Assembly: GCA_002269645.1 (NCBI GenBank)
Contig: NIVC01002568.1
Location: 59,682-123,681, forward strand
Source of the DNA: Macrostomum lignano
Lineage: Eukaryota
Reading direction: 5' to 3'
Length of the DNA: 64,000 nt
Under the pieces are notes generated by a model. It saw nothing but the letters and a program-made list of their open reading frames with translations. It ran no database searches and was not told the DNA's origin. A program made the translations under genes and the position numbers. Each line of letters begins with the position of its first letter. The first letter of the stretch is position 1. This document shows positions 22,660-34,961 of the stretch, piece by piece.

Positions 22660-25600
22660 TCAGGCACTCGCGTCCCGAGCCTGCCGCTTTTCCAGCATCT
22701 CGAGGGTCTCGCGGGCCCATTTAACAGCTTCAATGTCGTTGCCAACCTCCTGGACGAATTCTAATAGCACGGCATGGCCGCCCTCGGAGGCGAGCAGGGG
22801 CACGTACTTGTCGGGCAGGTGCTTGCACATGCTCATGAGCGCCCAGGTTCCCCAGGCGTAGCTGGCCCTAGAGCGGCGGCACCGCAGCAGCCGCAGGATG
22901 GGCTGAAAGGAGCGATAATTGATCTGCCGGCTGAGGTTGCTGGTCGGCCAGTTGCGGATCACCTCGCTGACCTTGGCGTCCAGCTCTCGCTCCACCTTGG
23001 TGAGCTCTTTTTCCCGCCTGCTGTGCAGGCAGTGGGCCACAATTCCCGCCGCGTTGTAGGCGGCCTCGACATTATCTGCTGTCCAGCGGCTCAGGTACAC
23101 CAGTAGGATGTCCGCGATCTCCCTGGACTCGCCAGTCAGCAGGTCCGCGGCCAGGCTCGGCACCTCGGACACGTTGCCCAGCAGCCCCAGCACATTCCGC
23201 ATCAGCTCTTGCGAGGCATCCGGCGAAGTGGAGTGCACGCGGTGACAGTCGACAAGGCACTGCAAACCGCCACTCTGCATGAAGGCAGCGCAGTTTGGCT
23301 CACTCTCGTCCGTGATGTTCCACAGGATGCTCCAGGCTGAGCTCAGGCACTGCGCCTGCGGGGCTCCGGCAATCCGCCTGGGCGGGTTCAAGCAGTTCTG
23401 GATAAACTGCAGCGCCCGGGTGACCAGCCGGCACTCGCAGCCGACGAACTGCCGCTCTGGCTCGTCGAAAGAGATCGCCAAGTAGTTGATCACCGCCAGC
23501 ACGTAGCGGATGGACTCGGGCTCTTCCTCCTCGCAGCTCTGGTCCAGCACGAACAGCAGCGACCGGAGCAGCTTCACTCTACGGGAAATGGGCGAGGATT
23601 CTCTGATGGGGCGAGGGCGAGGATTCTCTGATGGGACGAGGGCGAGGATTCTCTGATGCGGATGAGGATTCTCGGATAGGGCGAGGGCGAGGATTCTCTG
23701 ATGGGACGAGGGCGAGGATTCTCTGATGGGACGAGGGCGAGGATTCTCTGATGAGACGAGAGCGAGGATTCTCTGATGAGACGAGGGCAAGGATTATCTG
23801 ATGGGACGAGGGCGAGGATTCTCTGATGGGACGAGGGCGAGGATTATCTGATGGGACGAGGGCGAGGATTCTCTGATGGGACGAGGGCGAGGATTCTCTG
23901 ATGGGACGAGGGCGAGGATTCTCTGATGGGACGAGGGCAAGGATTCTCTGATGAGACGAGGGCGAGGATTCTCTGATGGGACGAGGGCGAGGATTCTCTG
24001 ATGAGACGAGGGCGAGGATTCTCTGATGGGACGAGGGCGAGGATTCTCTGATGGGCGAGGGCGAGAATTTTCTCTGATTTACTGTACACTCAATGGCATT
24101 TGTGCTAAGCTATGCACAAATGATGGCGCAAATGCACACAGAAAAGTCGAAAAAGGATTAGCTCACCTGGAGCAGCTCATGATAGCCGCCTCAATTTCGT
24201 TATTCAGCAGCAGGAAGAGGGACAGCAGGAAGTTGCGTCTGGTCAGCGGGTCGGCCCGCCAGCGGTAGATGGAGGTGGCAATTACGTCCAGGCAGCGGCA
24301 GACTGTGTCGAAAAGGCCGGCCGGGCGGGCCTGCAGGTAGGAGCGGATGAGGTAGTAGATCGATGCGGAGGCCTGCAGGAACAGTGCCTCGAGCTTTTCG
24401 TCGGCCCAGACGAAGTCCTCCATGATGTCAAGCAGGCGGTGCAACAGGCGCAAGCCGCAGGCGGCGCTGTTGTCGGGGCCTGGCTGAGCGGGCAGCCGCA
24501 AGAACTGGAACAGCGAGCGCAGCACGATGGTCGCAGCCTGGGGGTCGCGGGCGAACTCGCGCAGCAAGCAGGAAAAGCCAGCAAGGCTGCGCTCGGAGCC
24601 GACGCGGTCAGCGCCATCAAAGCCATCAAGGCGGCTGGCCGCGCCAAACAGGCCGAGGTAGTCAAAGGCGGCGAGCTCGGCAGACAGGGCGGGAGCGGCA
24701 TCGGCCAGGCTGGTGAACGATAGGTCGAGCCGGCGAAGGCGGGGCAGCCGCTGCAGCAGGCGGCGCAGGCGGTCGGCGGCATCGGCGAAGGGGAACAGCA
24801 GCGTCTCCGCGTCTGGCAGCGGGTCGTTGTGCGGTAGCCCGATGTCCAGCACCTCTAAAAGTGGGAACTTCTCGCACAGGGCATCCAAGCCGCTCGCGTC
24901 GGACTCGGACAGCTCGTCGAGGCGCGCGGCCACCTCGGTGTCGAAGTTGTACGTCTCCAGCAGCTCCGCCACCTGCAGCAGAGATTTGTGCACCGTTATC
25001 TTTGCCAGCTTTAGCGAGGGATGGCTATTTAGTCAGTTAAAGTGCAAACAGGTGCGTGAAATCGGGTTCATGACGGCCAGCTCACCGTGATGTCCTCGGA
25101 GTCGGCCAGAAACAGGGCGACGCAGCGGCGCAGGCCGAGGCAGCGCAGCGCGGGCATCTGCGGCGCCGCCAGCAGCTGTGCGGCCGTGATGCCGCTGCCG
25201 GCCAGGTCCAGCGAGACCAGGTTGGCGCAGATGAAGCGAACGTCCAGGTCAGCCAGGGGGTTTGAGTCCGGGTGGGCTGGCAGGCGAGCCCGCAAGCAAG
25301 TGACGCGGTTAAAGCTGATGCGGTGGTCAGCCTTGATGAGATCCGGGTAGTGCGCGCCGATGTCCAGTGTGTGCAGCAGGGAGGCGAGGCGGCGTAGGTG
25401 CACGATGTAGGTGTCCAGCTTGGGCTCGAGCGCCAGGCCTTCGTACAGGTAGAGACTGGCGGGCGTGAGGTTGAGCAGGGCGGTGAGCAGCTCCTGCTGA
25501 GCGCCGGGGTAGGGCTCGTCCCCAAGGCTGGGCGCCGTGTTGCTAGGCAGCAGGTCCAGGCGGGGCACACAAGCGCCGCGGAACAGGGCCACCTGGCGGA

Positions 25601-25841
25601 TGGCGGCGGCAGTGACGCGGACGGGCTGGTCAGGCATCTGGCGGTAGTCAAAGCGGGCTGGGGTGAACCTGCGCATGCCATCAAGCAGGGGCAGCAGCAA
25701 CAGCTCGGCCCCCAGCTGGCTCCGGTTCAGCCAGCTGTGCTGCCCAGCCAGCGGGCCGCCGGACTCCCAGTTGGTGTCGCAGGACAGCAGCTTCCAGGCG
25801 CACAGCTCCATGAGGCTCAGGTCTGGCGGCTGCGTTGCCAT
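22660..25841 (-). CDS. ZER1: Protein zer-1 homolog (ZYG11/ZER1 CRL2 substrate receptor); exons 25841-25086, 24972-24167, 23578-22660 (826 aa)
   Basis: Phase-compatible GT-AG junctions. N-terminal BC-box-like PPDLSLMELC, LRRs (LVSLDLAGS, LRRLDLSFT), and ARM-like C-terminus with WSILWNITDE, RNVLGLLGNVSEV, AYNAAGIVAH, RQINYRSFQPILRLL, WGTWAL...PDKYVPLL..EGG. Confidence 0.93.
23590..24065. repeat. 25-bp minisatellite, ~19 copies, in ZER1 intron 2
   Basis: GGATTCTCTGATGGGACGAGGGCGA repeated. Confidence 0.95.
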
Positions 25842-26555
25842 GGTGTCAGATTTGACGGGGTGGCAGGGATTGGGCTTGGCGCCTAGGGCCGCTCAATACA
25901 GCCTTCGTCTGTGGGCATTGTGAGGTGCAGTCAATGCTTTACTAATGGTAGTGCGGAAGGCAACTTTGGCCGAATAAAAACTACAAGCTGCGATTTTTAT
26001 GACAAAATAAGAAACAATTCTATTAATAGTAATTTCATAATTTCATAGTAGCACTGGTAGAATTTAGGATAAAGAATTAGACAAAAAAGTCAAACAGGTT
26101 GAAAAAATTGAACAATTTGAACAAATTACAAGTTTAGAATACTACTGCTTCCAGGTTTTTCAATAAAATAAATTACTTATAAATCATTGTAACTTTATCT
26201 AAATACATGTTTATCTAAACATATCTAAATTTTAGTTGAACTAAGACCAGCTGGGTGCATCATTCATTTCGCTATGCTATATATGTATTGGCATAATGAA
26301 ATTAAAACAGTGCTCTTATGTTTGAAATCAGTAGCAGCAGCTAAGCATATAACATTGGTGACACACATTGCTGAAACTGCCAAAAAGGTTTGAGTGAAAT
26401 GAGTCCATGTCTATAGCAGTCAAACTTTGACACTGAGATGCTACATGTAGTTTATTACAAAATTTGTACTGCATTTTTGGCTCCCAGCGCTAAGATACTA
26501 CAAGTAAGCTAAAAAATACTACTAGCACTTCAAAACATATGCAGATGTCGGGCTG

Positions 26556-26790
26556 TAGGGTTAGTGTTAGGGTTGGTGTTGGGGTTAAGGTTTAGGGTTA
26601 GGTTCAGGGTTATAGCGTTAAGATTCAGGTTAGGGCTAGGCCTGGTAGCTTATAACTTTAGCTCATGTAGCTTATTAAAAATGTTTATCATAGAAGCATC
26701 ATGCAAAAATAATGGAAGCGTCACGCAAAAAATCATGGACAAAATAATAAATTTAGTGTTATGGTTAAGGTTAGGGTTAAGGTTAGAAGT
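26556..26790 (+). repeat. Degenerate interstitial TTAGGG-like repeats (26556-26640 and ~26763-26790)
   Basis: TAGGGTTAG, GTTAGGGTT and GGTTAGGGTTAAGG variants. Confidence 0.6.
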
Positions 26791-27259
26791 TTAACAGGAG
26801 ATTTTTTAAGATTTCAAGGCTACATGTAGGTTATTAAAAAACGTGTATTGCATTTCTTTGGCTCCCCAACGGGGGGCATAGATTGCTAGTGGGAAGACTA
26901 TGAGCAAGAAGTCAGCCTCTAGTTGGATGCGTGTCAAATTAGCTATGGAAAGTGGCAGTAATCAATGTTTTTCCTATGTGTTGGTCCAAATATGTGAGTT
27001 TTCTGAAAGCCAGGAAGAAATGGGCAATGACTTCTCTATAGCAGAGGGAAAGCTATATGAGCCTTCAAGGATAAGACAAATGTAATTTAGAAAAGTTTCA
27101 ATCTACTGCAAGCTTGCCAAAAAGATTGTGAAAATATTGACACTAGAGTTCTACCATAGCTAATAGATATGGGTATGAGAAATTACAGATATGGAGGCTT
27201 TTAGACAAAACATATGATATGGATATGGTTACAAGAATGTACATTTTCTATATCTTTTC

Positions 27260-27460
27260 ATTGCCTATTGCATTTACCCCCTTTGGCCCTTTGTGCAACC
27301 AAAAACCAAAATGCAACTTACATATAAAAGAAACCTAAGCAACAATTAATGCAATTTTGGATAAATAACAGGAGTAACTATGACTATATTATTAAAGCTA
27401 AATGCCTTATTATCTAATTAGAATTAAATCTGTATTTTTTTAGGTCAGGCATTTTTGCAA
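27260..27460 (+). mobile_element. Old, AT-decayed copy of the 28S-fragment-bearing MITE family (see 31544-31854)
   Basis: GGATAAATAACAGGAGTAACTATGACTATATTATTAAAGCTAAATGCCTTATTATCTAATTAG (27359-27421). Both flanks also align to the reverse complement of the 31.5-31.9 kb copy. Confidence 0.65.
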
Positions 27461-27836
27461 TTTATATTGGCTAGGCCACTTATTAGCTAGCTAAATCAGC
27501 CAGCTTGGTGTTGCACATGGCAATTATTGTCAATACAAAGCTAATAAGTGGCAATCAATTGATTGAATTATTAAATCATTGATTGATTAAATCAAGTATT
27601 AATTTTTTTTATTCTATTGTTAATACATTGTAATAGAGAATCATGTGTGATTAATAATATAAACATTAATAACATTGACAAAAATGCTTACAAAGTAAAA
27701 GAAAACTTGCAACATATATTTAGTCAATCATCTTCTAGTATAAGGTCAAGGTTTACATAGTCAAAGGTTTAAGTCAAAGTCAAAGGTCAAAGGTTTAAAT
27801 CTTCTATGCTTTGTCTCTCATAAGGCTTAATATATG

Positions 27837-28715
27837 CAGTGTTGGGCACAATACTCAAAAAAGTATCAATGAAAACCTATACTCCAATACCCTTTCTGAA
27901 AAAAAGAATTGTTGATAACCTGAAAGTCTGATACCCAAATTTGAATATTGGCAATACACTAATTCCGATACTATATTCAATACCCAGTTTTTGCAAAAAG
28001 AAATCTTGACAAATATAAATGCATATAAGTTAAGATTCTCAGACCTTCTCCTAGGTTTTTAAGGCAAATATAGCAAGCTTAGCATTGTTCTAAATGATGA
28101 AGCCTTTAGTAAAGCAAAAAATTAAATTAACAAATAAAAACCAATAGTTGCCACTGTAGTCAATCAATTGACTACCTACTAGCCTCTGTAGCATACAGTC
28201 TTCTTTATGCCTATTAGTAGAGTTATTGTTTTAGTATAGTGTGGCAACCTGCTAGACTATGATTAGTACACCTGCACGCTTAACCTCAGCCTTGTTTTTT
28301 GGGTTGGGTGCATTTATATATACATGTAACTAGCTAGCCAGACTAAATGCTCTAAGCCAAGGTACAGAATTTAAAGCCTTATCTCTGATTGGGTAACACC
28401 TTGCCTCTCCACCCTTTATACATGTAAACCTAAGTAAATCGCGTCACCTTTCTTTCCTTTATTCAACTTGGCCTTGCCCAATATATGCACCTAAAATAGT
28501 GGATTTATTTATTTATTGCTGACAGTATATATACACATTGTTTATTAAATTGCTTGTTGCTAGTGTATCAGACTATTGAACTATTGGGAAAATTTGAAAA
28601 TTGTATTGGAAGTTACCAAAGTCCAATACTGTCAAAAAAGTATTGGCTTCCAATGCTCCAATACCTAAAAGGTATTGCCAATAGTATTGGAATATTGGAA
28701 TTGTGCCCAACACTG
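27837..28715. mobile_element. Non-autonomous hAT-type DNA transposon (879 bp)
   Basis: Perfect 16-bp TIR CAGTGTTGGGCACAAT / ATTGTGCCCAACACTG; 8-bp flanks AATATATG / AATATATA (7/8 TSD); subterminal CAATAC/GTATTG repeats. Confidence 0.85.
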
Positions 28716-31543
28716 AATATATATTCAGCAACTTTGAAAGTTACCACTATATGCCACTGAGCAATTTCTCTTAGATTATTTTGAAATAAAAGATACTTTA
28801 CCTACATTCTCAAAAGTGCAACCATGGATGGAATCTTCTATGATGTGACTTTCAAATGATATTCCTATTGTTAATATATTACAAACAATATAGATTAATG
28901 TATCTCAATGACTTTGGCATCCTTAGATATTGTTTAGCATATATATTCTTTAGGAAAAATAGTACAGGTGGATTAATACACATTTTGATGTATAATTGAT
29001 TAGAATAACAAGTATAAATATTCAAATAGGTATAAGTATATATAAAGTCCAATAAAAAAATATATACATATATTCCATTGAAATAAAATATAAAAATTGT
29101 ATTCAATATGAATGATAATGACTAGAGTTTTTACTATAACTAAATTTTTCTATATCTATATCCATAGCTATATCTTGACATTTTTCCTATAGCCATCTGT
29201 ACTCTATATCTATAGCCATAGCTAGTGAACTTTTTGTAACTATTGTATAATACTGAGACCTGAACCTTGATAGATGCCTTGGAAAGGCAGCTAGACACTG
29301 TATGTGGCTATGTTATATGCGACATTTGGAGTGCATAGCCATCTAGGCAGCAAGACTAATATGGCACTATATATAAGGGCATTCCTAATGTGGCCTGACT
29401 TACTATGTGAGTGACAACTTTGATTGGCTGGTAGTCATTTGGTTGGAAGCCTTTTGCATTAGGTTGCTACACAAAGTGCTACTGTTAGCCTTTTCTCTTC
29501 TCTCTTCCCTCTTTTTCCCTTTCTTTTGTACCTTCTCTCCTTTTTCTTTTGATATATTTTATTGTATTGTTTAAATAACTAAAGTAAAAAAATCCCAAAT
29601 TTGTATCATGTTTGTATCAGTTGGTTTCCAAGAAAGCCTCCTTTGTAATCTAGCCTTCTTTGACAATGGAAATGCTAGGTGGCTTTTCCATTAGCTTTAT
29701 TCAACTTAAAAGCTCCTACTATCCCAAACACAATGTGTAAGTGGTATCAAAAATGTTGACCTAAGTCCCTAACCCCAGGGACTTAAAAGCTACCTTTGTA
29801 TTGAAAGTGAAAATATGTCTTAACTTTAGCCCCCTCCCTATTTTAGCACCCTATACATATAGTATCAAAATTTCTTTTTTGCTTGAGTTCCCAATTCTAA
29901 GGACTTAAGAGTTCCTTTTATAATGAAAATGGAAATAGTCATCTTAAATTTAGCCCTCACAATCCTAACCCTATCCTAATCCTTGACCCTAGGGACTTAA
30001 AAGCATTAGTCCCTGCATTAAAAGTAAAAAAAATCTTAACATTAGATCCTATTACCCAACAACATGTATATGGCATTGAAACTTGCTAGGCCTATTGTTT
30101 AAGTCACCAAATTCTTGCAAGGACTTAAGTAAGGCCTAAGAGCTTTTTAAAAATGATAAAACATTCATATTAACTTTAGCCTTTATAAATATAGACCAAT
30201 CAGAATATGGACATGGCACTAAAAATCTATATAAATGCTTAAATCCTAAAATAAATTACAAGGACTTACAAGTTCCTCTCACTTTGAAACTAGCAATATT
30301 TATTTATTTCTATTACCATATATCTATCAAATCAATCACTCTAATGCCAATGGTCTTTCAAGTCTAAGTTGAATAGTATTACTAGATACAAGAATAGGAA
30401 CTAGACATAGGAAATATATATTTGCATATGCTTTGCCAAAAAATCTTTATATCTATAGTTTCCCATACTATATCCATAATAATAATAATTTTTTTATCAA
30501 GACTATAAAATATAATATAGCCATAGAGTAGGCCTAGGCCTAGCCTAGATAATTAGGTCTTAAGGCATTCTTTTATTTTAGGATATCCAGTCCTATTGAT
30601 TACTTGCATCATTTTTGTTATATAATATCCAATGGAAAATATAATTTTTAGCATATAGGCCTTGATTAAAACAGACATAGGCAATTGCAAAAATCCAGCT
30701 TATAGCTTAATACCAGGATGGAATTCTTGCTTGGGGTAGGAAAACGCGCGTGCATATTTTTGGAGCAGCGCGCATACTAGCTATAAAAATAAGTCATAAT
30801 GCGGAACATGGCCCATGCACAAAAAATGAAATTTCCTTTTTCTAGTTTTTAAATTCTATGCCAATGTAAATTAAAAAATTGTACTTCAAGTTTAAAGTCG
30901 CTTGAACACTATATTTTTTAGAGAAAATATTCTTTAAAAATTGTAAGAGTTTTACTAAACTTTAAAGTAACTATTTTTGCTAAAAACTCTTTGTTTTACT
31001 TTTATTTTGACATTTTCCAGTGTAAAACAACCTTCTAGACTATGAAAAGTAGGAAAACTTGAGCACGCATATGCCACATGGCATATAACCATGTTGAATG
31101 CATGTAAAAGTCAATTCCTATCTGTGATTCTGTGGCAAACAGCTTCTTGTGCAAGCACATACGATGGAGCACGCACACACTTCTTTAAGACTGAGTAAGT
31201 AGGCTCCTTTTTAGTACGCAAGCATGCACAAATTTGACAAGTGTGCACAAATGCGCAACAACTTTTGTGCAAAAATTCTATCCTAGGCTTAATAGAACAC
31301 AATCATATTCTTTTTATATTTATTTTTATAATATAATACCCTGAATAAATAATTTGTTAATAATGCATTATAAAACAAAAGTGAAAAAGGTTACCAAAAT
31401 GAAAATAAGGGAGAATAATAAAAGAATTAGACAGTTCAATATTACAATTATAAGATTTTAATATGTCTATATCTAGTTCTTTCTCACTTTTGTCTAATAA
31501 TATTTTATTAACAAATTATCTATCCATTTAGGGTAGGCCTAGG

Positions 31544-31854
31544 GCCCCTGATTGCAGCGCATGAGCATTTTGGCGGACGGCGTCCGGCACGGATCAGCCT
31601 GCGCGGCGCAGCATTGGTGGTGGACCAGGGGTAAGTCGCAAAAATGCCACCCCATAGAATACAGGCGTAGTACTAATTAGATGCCAAGGCATTTAGGCTT
31701 GATAAGACAGTCATAGTTACTCCTGCCGTTTACCCAAAACTAATTAACAAAAGTTAATTTTGCTTTAGGGTTTCTTTCACAGGTAAGTCATTTCACAGCG
31801 TGGCGCAGGTTGTGTAGGCGTCTGGCATACTTAAGCCATGCGCTGCAATAGGGC
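31544..31854. mobile_element. ~310-bp MITE-like element containing a 28S rRNA fragment
   Basis: TIR core ATTGCAGCGCATG (31551-31563) / CATGCGCTGCAAT (31837-31849), extended by GCCC(C)T. Confidence 0.7.
31672..31735 (-). other. 64-nt LSU (28S) rRNA fragment covering helix 69-71 (R2/I-PpoI target region); not an rRNA gene
   Basis: Minus strand GGGTAAACGGCAGGAGTAACTATGACTGTCTTATCAAGCCTAAATGCCTTGGCATCTAATTAGT vs the conserved eukaryotic 28S GGGTAAACGGCGGGAGTAACTATGACTCTCTTAAGGTAGCCAAATGCCTCGTCATCTAATTAGT recalled from memory; roughly 83-85% identical by manual alignment. Confidence 0.85.
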
Positions 31855-32099
31855 TAGGGCCTATCATATAACAAATGTGAATATAAGGATTGTGCTCTAA
31901 TAAGCTTTGATTAGGCCTATAAAATTTTTGTAATCACAACTATGTTTATTTCAATTCTCACTATTTTCCATTGGGTATTAGGCTATATAATAAAATTGAT
32001 GCAAAATATAGGCATTGATGGCATAGTTCTAGTTTACTTCGTTATATTCCAACCCCCCTACCCTTGAATAGAGGGCAAAATAATTTAACGCAGTAAACT

Positions 32100-34961
32100 C
32101 AGGGTTTTTTTTTGTGCGCAGAGTGTGCGTATGCACCCTAAATTTTAAAATCGCACCCTGAAATTAAAAAAGTAGGTGCGGTTTAGGTGCGGTCTTATAA
32201 CCATTTTTCTTTAAAGGCTTAACCATGCTTAAGCTATTTTTTATGCACTGCCTTAAAATATGAAACAAAATAACTCTTTAAATCCTATTAAGTCATATAG
32301 ATTATAGGCGATATAGCCTATAGCTATAGCCTTATGTAAGATATTAAAATATACATTCCCAGTTGTCTGAAATGTGAGCAATGTGAGGGTTTCACGAGAG
32401 ATATTCAGACAAAGGCTCCCTAAAACACGCCCCGCACAGGGCCCCGAACTGCTACACATTATAACATTTTTTGTCAATGCAGTATTTGATTGCAAGGAAA
32501 AGTTAAAATAGTAATGGAATAAATATCTTTATTTATTTTTTTAAATATTATTATTTTTTATATTCTCGTTTTCATTATTAAATTATAATATTATTATTAA
32601 AATCACTTATTGTTCACCGAATTTTATATTTCAAAGTAAAAAAAAACTAAATTTAATAAAAACTTGAAGCTTAACAGAAAACGCATTCTGAAGTGTCTTT
32701 AGTTATAGTCCAATTTGTTTTAATGTGTAGCGCTGCAGGGCGGTGCGGGGCATGTTTTAGGGAGACCCATTCAGACAGACATTCAAAATGATTGTCTGTA
32801 ACTTTAAACAAAATTGACCCGCTTCAACCATCTTTTTGGCAAATACTTACACAAGTGTTGGGCATCGAATAAGCTTTAATTTATTAACTGAAGTAAAAAT
32901 CCTTCTGACATACATTGATTTAAAAATTGCTTAGCAACACTAGCTCTGATTAGAAATCGCTTTACTGTTGACTAAAATTGTTTTGATCGTAGCAGCCTAA
33001 AAGCAGATACTGGATTTAAAAATGCTTCAATTTACTCTATATGCATGTCTCAGCTTTAAAATGACACCTCAGGCGTCGCAAAAGACAGCTTTGATGCTGA
33101 GATATTTGACACTAAACATGCATTGCTTTGCGCAATCTCACATTCAGAAATTTCACTGATTTTTTGTCGATATTTGTGCAGTTGCCATGTCCTTGTTTTT
33201 CATCAGAATCTTGTCAAATTCTAGTCATGTCTATACGCATGTCTCAGCTTTAAAATGACACCTCAGGCATTGCAAAAGACAGCTTTGATGCTGAGATATT
33301 CGACACTAAACATTGCTTTGCTCAAACTCACATTTGGAAACTTCACTGATTTTTATTCAATATTTGTTCAGATGCTTGTCTACTTCTCCATTTATTAACC
33401 ATCGCATGGAGCCTTGCTAACGTACAAGTGTATGTAGTTACAGTAAATGGGGTTTTTGTGACTCACTTAAACTTGTTTACGCATTCTGCAGCTATTCGCC
33501 GCCTTTCATTGGAGTGATTCATGGAGTCCAGTTGATAAATTTCCACAAATTGGACTGCTTCTACGTCAGATCTCAACATTTGGAACCGTCCTTGAACTAT
33601 TTCAGAGTTAAGTGAGCTAATGGCATCAAATGGAAGGCTAGTGCTCGTACTTGTAAGCGAAGCAGGTTCACAATTGAAATGGTTGTATTCATGGCCATGG
33701 GATCTAAACTGATCTGTTTTACTTTCACGATCGCTTTGGTCTCAGAAGGAGCAGCAGTTGATGGACTGAGGTGAGAAGAAGATGTGTCACGATTTGAGCT
33801 GTTTTTAGAAAATATCTTTATTATCCAATTAAATATTTTCATGCGGCTCCTTAGGTTGTTCCGAATTCCGAGTCTAGAAGTCAAGACAGAAAAAAAGTTA
33901 AGAACTGCTACTGTAGTCCATAGGGATTGGAAAGCTTAGCAGTACATTAGAAATCGCCTGTTCAATCTAAAAAGTTTGAAGTACATATAGCTATTGGGTT
34001 GCAACAACAGTAGAAAAAATTCTTCCTTTTTATTTTATTCCCACCGCTTACCTCATTCCGATTTGGATAGCAGAATTGCCACGCAAAAAAAGTAAAAACA
34101 TAATAATAAACTATTTGCTTCATATTAATTGCCACTGACTGCTAATAAACGCGACGTCAATTTCTCTCAATAACAGTTGGAACATGTTTCTCGTACACTC
34201 ATATATTTATTTGAACTGCAAAGTGGTGAAAAAGTCATGATTGGTTGCCATATGTACAAATGTACACTCACAGACTCACTGACTCAGGTACAATCTATGC
34301 AATATAAAGGCAGGAATCATTAAAAAAAATACTTAAGACAGTTTAAGAGAAGTCCAGGTTTAAACTGGACATGACTAGAATTTGACAAGTTTCTGATGAA
34401 AAACAAGGACACGGCAGCTGCACAAATATCGACAAAAAATCAGTGAAATTTCTGAATGTGAGATTGCGCAAAGCAATGCATGTTTAGTGTCAAATATCTC
34501 AGCATCAAAGCTGTCTTTTGCGACGCCTGAGGTGTCATTTTAAAGCTGAGACATGCGTATAGAGTAAATTGAAGCATTTTTAAATCCAGTATCTGCTTTT
34601 AGGCTGCTACAATCAAAACAATTTTAGTCAACAGTAAAGCGATTTCTAATCAGAGCTAGTGTTGCTAAGCAATTTTTAAATCAATGTATGTCAGAAGGAT
34701 TTTTACTTCAGTTAATAAATTAAAGCTTATTCGACGCCCAACACTTGCGCAAGTATTTGCCAAAAAGATGGTTGAAGCGGGTCAATTTTGTTTAAAGTTA
34801 CAGACGATCGTTTCGAATGTCTGTCTGAATATCTCTCGTGAAACCCTCACATTCTAAACAAGACTCAAGAGAAATTGCACTCTGAGCCTTAAAATCGCAC
34901 CTTGAAATTTGGCACAAGGTGCGATTTCGCACCTTATCTCTGGCGAAAAAAAAAAACCCAG
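32100..34961. mobile_element. Non-autonomous hAT element (2862 bp) with 463-bp internal inverted repeats
   Basis: Ends CAGGGTTTTTTTTT / AAAAAAAAAAACCCAG; exact 8-bp TSD AGTAAACT (32092-32099, 34962-34969); 32769-33231 is the near-identical reverse complement of 34368-34830. Confidence 0.88.
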
